From NCBI GenBank assembly GCA_046483985.1, contig JAWOCD010000090.1:1-64000 (forward strand): a stretch of DNA of 64,000 bases. Direction: 5' to 3'. The stretch is from Promethearchaeia archaeon. Its GTDB lineage: Archaea > Asgardarchaeota > Lokiarchaeia > Sigyniarchaeales > SOKP01. This document shows, piece after piece, positions 61,584 through 64,000 of the stretch (the first letter of the stretch is position 1; every line of letters begins with the position of its first letter). The notes beneath the pieces are model-generated. The model was not told where the DNA came from. It worked only from the letters and a program-made list of their open reading frames with translations, and ran no database searches. Position numbers and translations under genes: made by a program.

Positions 61584-62123
61584 TTAGTCAAAATAAGAGG
61601 AGATCTCTTGAAAAATATTATCGAAATGATCTCTATTTAATTTATAATATTTTAGGTGAGAAAGAGCAAGCAGATCATCCTTAACTGGATGATTTAATGT
61701 TTTTCCGATAGTGGCAATAATTTTCTGATTGGTGCGGAAACTAGTTTTTATAAAATCTTGAAAGAGCTTAGAATATAGTTCCATCTTTCCGATTTCATCT
61801 ATAACGAGTAGGAACTTCTCACTATTTTCTTTTTCTTCTTTGAGCTGTGGGAATAAATTCTCTTTGAGATATTCATTAAAGTTTTCTACATATACATTAT
61901 AACTTCCCAATTTAAACTCACTTTGGGGGCCTTTTTTATGTGCTAATAGGATCCTTTCTTGGGTTTTAAGATCCTTAACATCAAAACCCTCTCGTTTCCC
62001 ATTCATTCTTATCTCTGGTGTTAAAAAGCCCCTTAGTATATATTCTTTTTGCAAGTCCTCAATTAGTTTGCTTATTAAAGTAGATTTTCCAGAACGAGGG
62101 GGGCCTGTGATTAAAATTTTCAT
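61584..62123 (-). CDS. Nucleoside-triphosphatase (THEP1/NTPase_1 family)
   Basis: ITGPPRSGKST, GF.T.E.R..G.R.GF, VIDEIGKMEL. Confidence 0.93.
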   Translation of the reverse strand: MKILITGPPRSGKSTLISKLIEDLQKEYILRGFLTPEIRMNGKREGFDVKDLKTQERILLAHKKGPQSEFKLGSYNVYVENFNEYLKENLFPQLKEEKENSEKFLLVIDEIGKMELYSKLFQDFIKTSFRTNQKIIATIGKTLNHPVKDDLLALSHLKYYKLNRDHFDNIFQEISSYFD

Positions 62124-62223
62124 GATAAATCTCGTTTAAATATAGACATTTAAATTTGATGAATTCTCATTATTCAATATATATTAAATATAATAATATT
62201 AAAATTATTTGAGTTGATAATGT

Positions 62224-63063
62224 ATGAGTCGTACTCATTCTGAAGGAGAATTTGAAGGAGAAAAAGGGTTAGACATTTATTATCAATTTTGGCTCCCAGA
62301 GAGTCCGAAAGCAATAGTGCAAATTGTCCACGGATTTGGGGAGCATTCTGCTCGCTATGAAAATGTCATCGAAAAATTACTTCCCAGAGGATTCGCCATA
62401 TATGCAGACGATCATCGCGGCCATGGGAAGTCCGAAGGAGTGACAAACTATGTAGATTCATTTGATCTATATGTGGAGGATGAAAGAATACTTTACGGGA
62501 TTATCCGAGAAAATCATCCGGATCTTCCGATATTTATGTTGGGCCATTCTATGGGATCGGGGATTGCTATGTATTTTACAAAAAGGTATGAAGATCTCCT
62601 AAAAGGGTTAATCCTTTCGGGAACTGGAACGTCAACCGGAGGGGAAGTAAGCGGGTTTCTGAAGTTTATGTCGAAAATACTCTCAGTACTTGCAAAGAAA
62701 TTAACCATAGATCCAAAATTGGATCCCGAGACTTTAAGCCATGATCCAAATGTAGTAAAAGCCTATAAAGAAGACCCTCTGGTTCATCATGATGTAATCA
62801 CCGCAAGGTTAGGGTATGAGATGATAAAATATTTTGGTAAGGCTCCCGAGGTCGTGAAAGATTTGAAACTCCCCATTCTTGTGCAGCGAGGAACCGCTGA
62901 TGAGGCTATGGGGGGCTTTAATGCCTTAAAACAAGCCTTCACCACCAATGACTTAACAATCCACGAATATGAAGGCCTCTATCACGAAATATATAATGAA
63001 GTGAAAGAGGATCGAGAAAAAGTTATTAATGATTTGTTAGAATGGATAGAAAACCATGTCTAA
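62224..63063 (+). CDS. Alpha/beta hydrolase (lysophospholipase/monoacylglycerol lipase)
   Basis: VHGFGEH..RY, DHRGHGKS, GHSMG, HEIYNE. Confidence 0.93.
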   Translation: MSRTHSEGEFEGEKGLDIYYQFWLPESPKAIVQIVHGFGEHSARYENVIEKLLPRGFAIYADDHRGHGKSEGVTNYVDSFDLYVEDERILYGIIRENHPDLPIFMLGHSMGSGIAMYFTKRYEDLLKGLILSGTGTSTGGEVSGFLKFMSKILSVLAKKLTIDPKLDPETLSHDPNVVKAYKEDPLVHHDVITARLGYEMIKYFGKAPEVVKDLKLPILVQRGTADEAMGGFNALKQAFTTNDLTIHEYEGLYHEIYNEVKEDREKVINDLLEWIENHV

Positions 63064-63130
63064 CATCTAATTTATATTATATTAAATTTTTTTCTTTATT
63101 TTTAGAAACATAACAATTCTCTTAGACGGT

Positions 63131-63544
63131 TTATATCTGTGCCATTAAATCTTTGATTGAAAACGGTTTTTCGAGGAATGAATTAGCGCCCTTTTTCATT
63201 GCATCCTTTTTTGATTTATACTCCCCACTAATATAGATGACTTTATCCTTATATCCTATACGCCTTAACTCGATTAAGGTTTCTAATCCATCTTTAAAAG
63301 GCATCCTGTGATCTATAATGATAACCGATGGTTTCTCTCCAATCTTTTTGTATTGGTTAATCGCTTCTATTCCGTTCTTTGCCGTGGCTGTAACTCTAAA
63401 ATTTCGCATTTTTAAGATTTTTTCATATAATCTTACCAGTTCTTCATCATCTTCTACAATCATAACTGTTTTATTTCTATGGTCTGGAGAGCGATCAACG
63501 GGGGATGGCTGATGGTTAACATCCGAATGATTTAATTTGTTCAT
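63131..63544 (-). CDS. Stand-alone response regulator receiver
   Basis: IVEDD, IIDHRMP..DG, ISG, GA..FLEKPF. Confidence 0.9.
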   Translation of the reverse strand: MNKLNHSDVNHQPSPVDRSPDHRNKTVMIVEDDEELVRLYEKILKMRNFRVTATAKNGIEAINQYKKIGEKPSVIIIDHRMPFKDGLETLIELRRIGYKDKVIYISGEYKSKKDAMKKGANSFLEKPFSIKDLMAQI

Positions 63545-63664
63545 TTTTTACTAATCAGATACTTGCGATTTTTAAAGCTAAAATATTGTTCTCAACAGAT
63601 AGAAAGGATTGTGGATATATAAGAAAGATGATTTTGTAAATTTTTATATCGTCTATCACGAACA

Positions 63665-63700
63665 AAATAAAAAACCGTCTTGCCATAGCAAGGCAGTTTT
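63665..63700 (-). terminator. Hairpin plus U-tract, intrinsic-terminator-like
   Basis: Minus strand AAAACTGCCTTGC-TATG-GCAAGACGGTTTTTTATTTT. Confidence 0.45.
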
Positions 63701-63800
63701 CAGACGCCAAACCATGAATTTCACATTCGGAGTCAAGAAAGTGGAAAAGATTTTAAACGATGAAAAAATAACCGGACTAATTTTGTAAGATTCAACAATT

Positions 63801-63998
63801 TACTCTTCGGGGTTCACGATTTGAACCTTAAGCGGTTCATTATTTAGTTTTTTTATATAGGTGGTCAAATTGTTCAAGAGCGGTTTTAATTCGGTCAATA
63901 ATTCCGACCAATATGCTCTTTCCACCATTTCTTCCTCGACTATCACCTTCTTTTTTCGAGCTCTCGTTGTTTCCGTGGTATGTGATCTCTGTTCTGTA
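63801..63998 (-). CDS. 3' end of a gene running off the window edge (hypothetical)
   Basis: Open frame YRTEITYHG...ILTELKPLLNNLTTYIKKLNNEPLKVQIVNPEE*. Confidence 0.4.
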
Positions 63999-64000
63999 CC

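Overview
AT-rich, gene-dense archaeal chromosomal segment, most likely from an Asgard archaeon (Lokiarchaeia/Promethearchaeota). This is inferred from an actin-related protein, a roadblock-fold protein, a longin-small GTPase fusion, a Loki-CTERM-like surface protein, SUI1, Orc1/Cdc6 and XerA. Housekeeping genes include a type IA topoisomerase, purD, purA, thiolase, trxB, hppA, CoA-transferase A/B and PAS histidine kinases. Features absent from the ORF track: (i) the RNase P RNA gene on the minus strand (~53539-53868); (ii) a 38-aa CxxC/CPxCG microprotein; (iii) a 54-codon N-terminal extension, with a probable ATT start, of a TFIIH p44/Ssl1-like vWA-zinc-finger gene; (iv) 13 non-autonomous IS200/IS605-TnpB remnants from several families (left-end hairpins, tnpB fragments, omegaRNA-like right ends). 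Twelve of the 13 remnants lie on the + strand. All four right ends that face a convergent gene overlap that gene's stop codon exactly, suggesting near-silent 'stop-codon replacement' insertion and omegaRNA guide regions antisense to host gene 3' ends. All calls come from reading motifs by eye; no database search was run.
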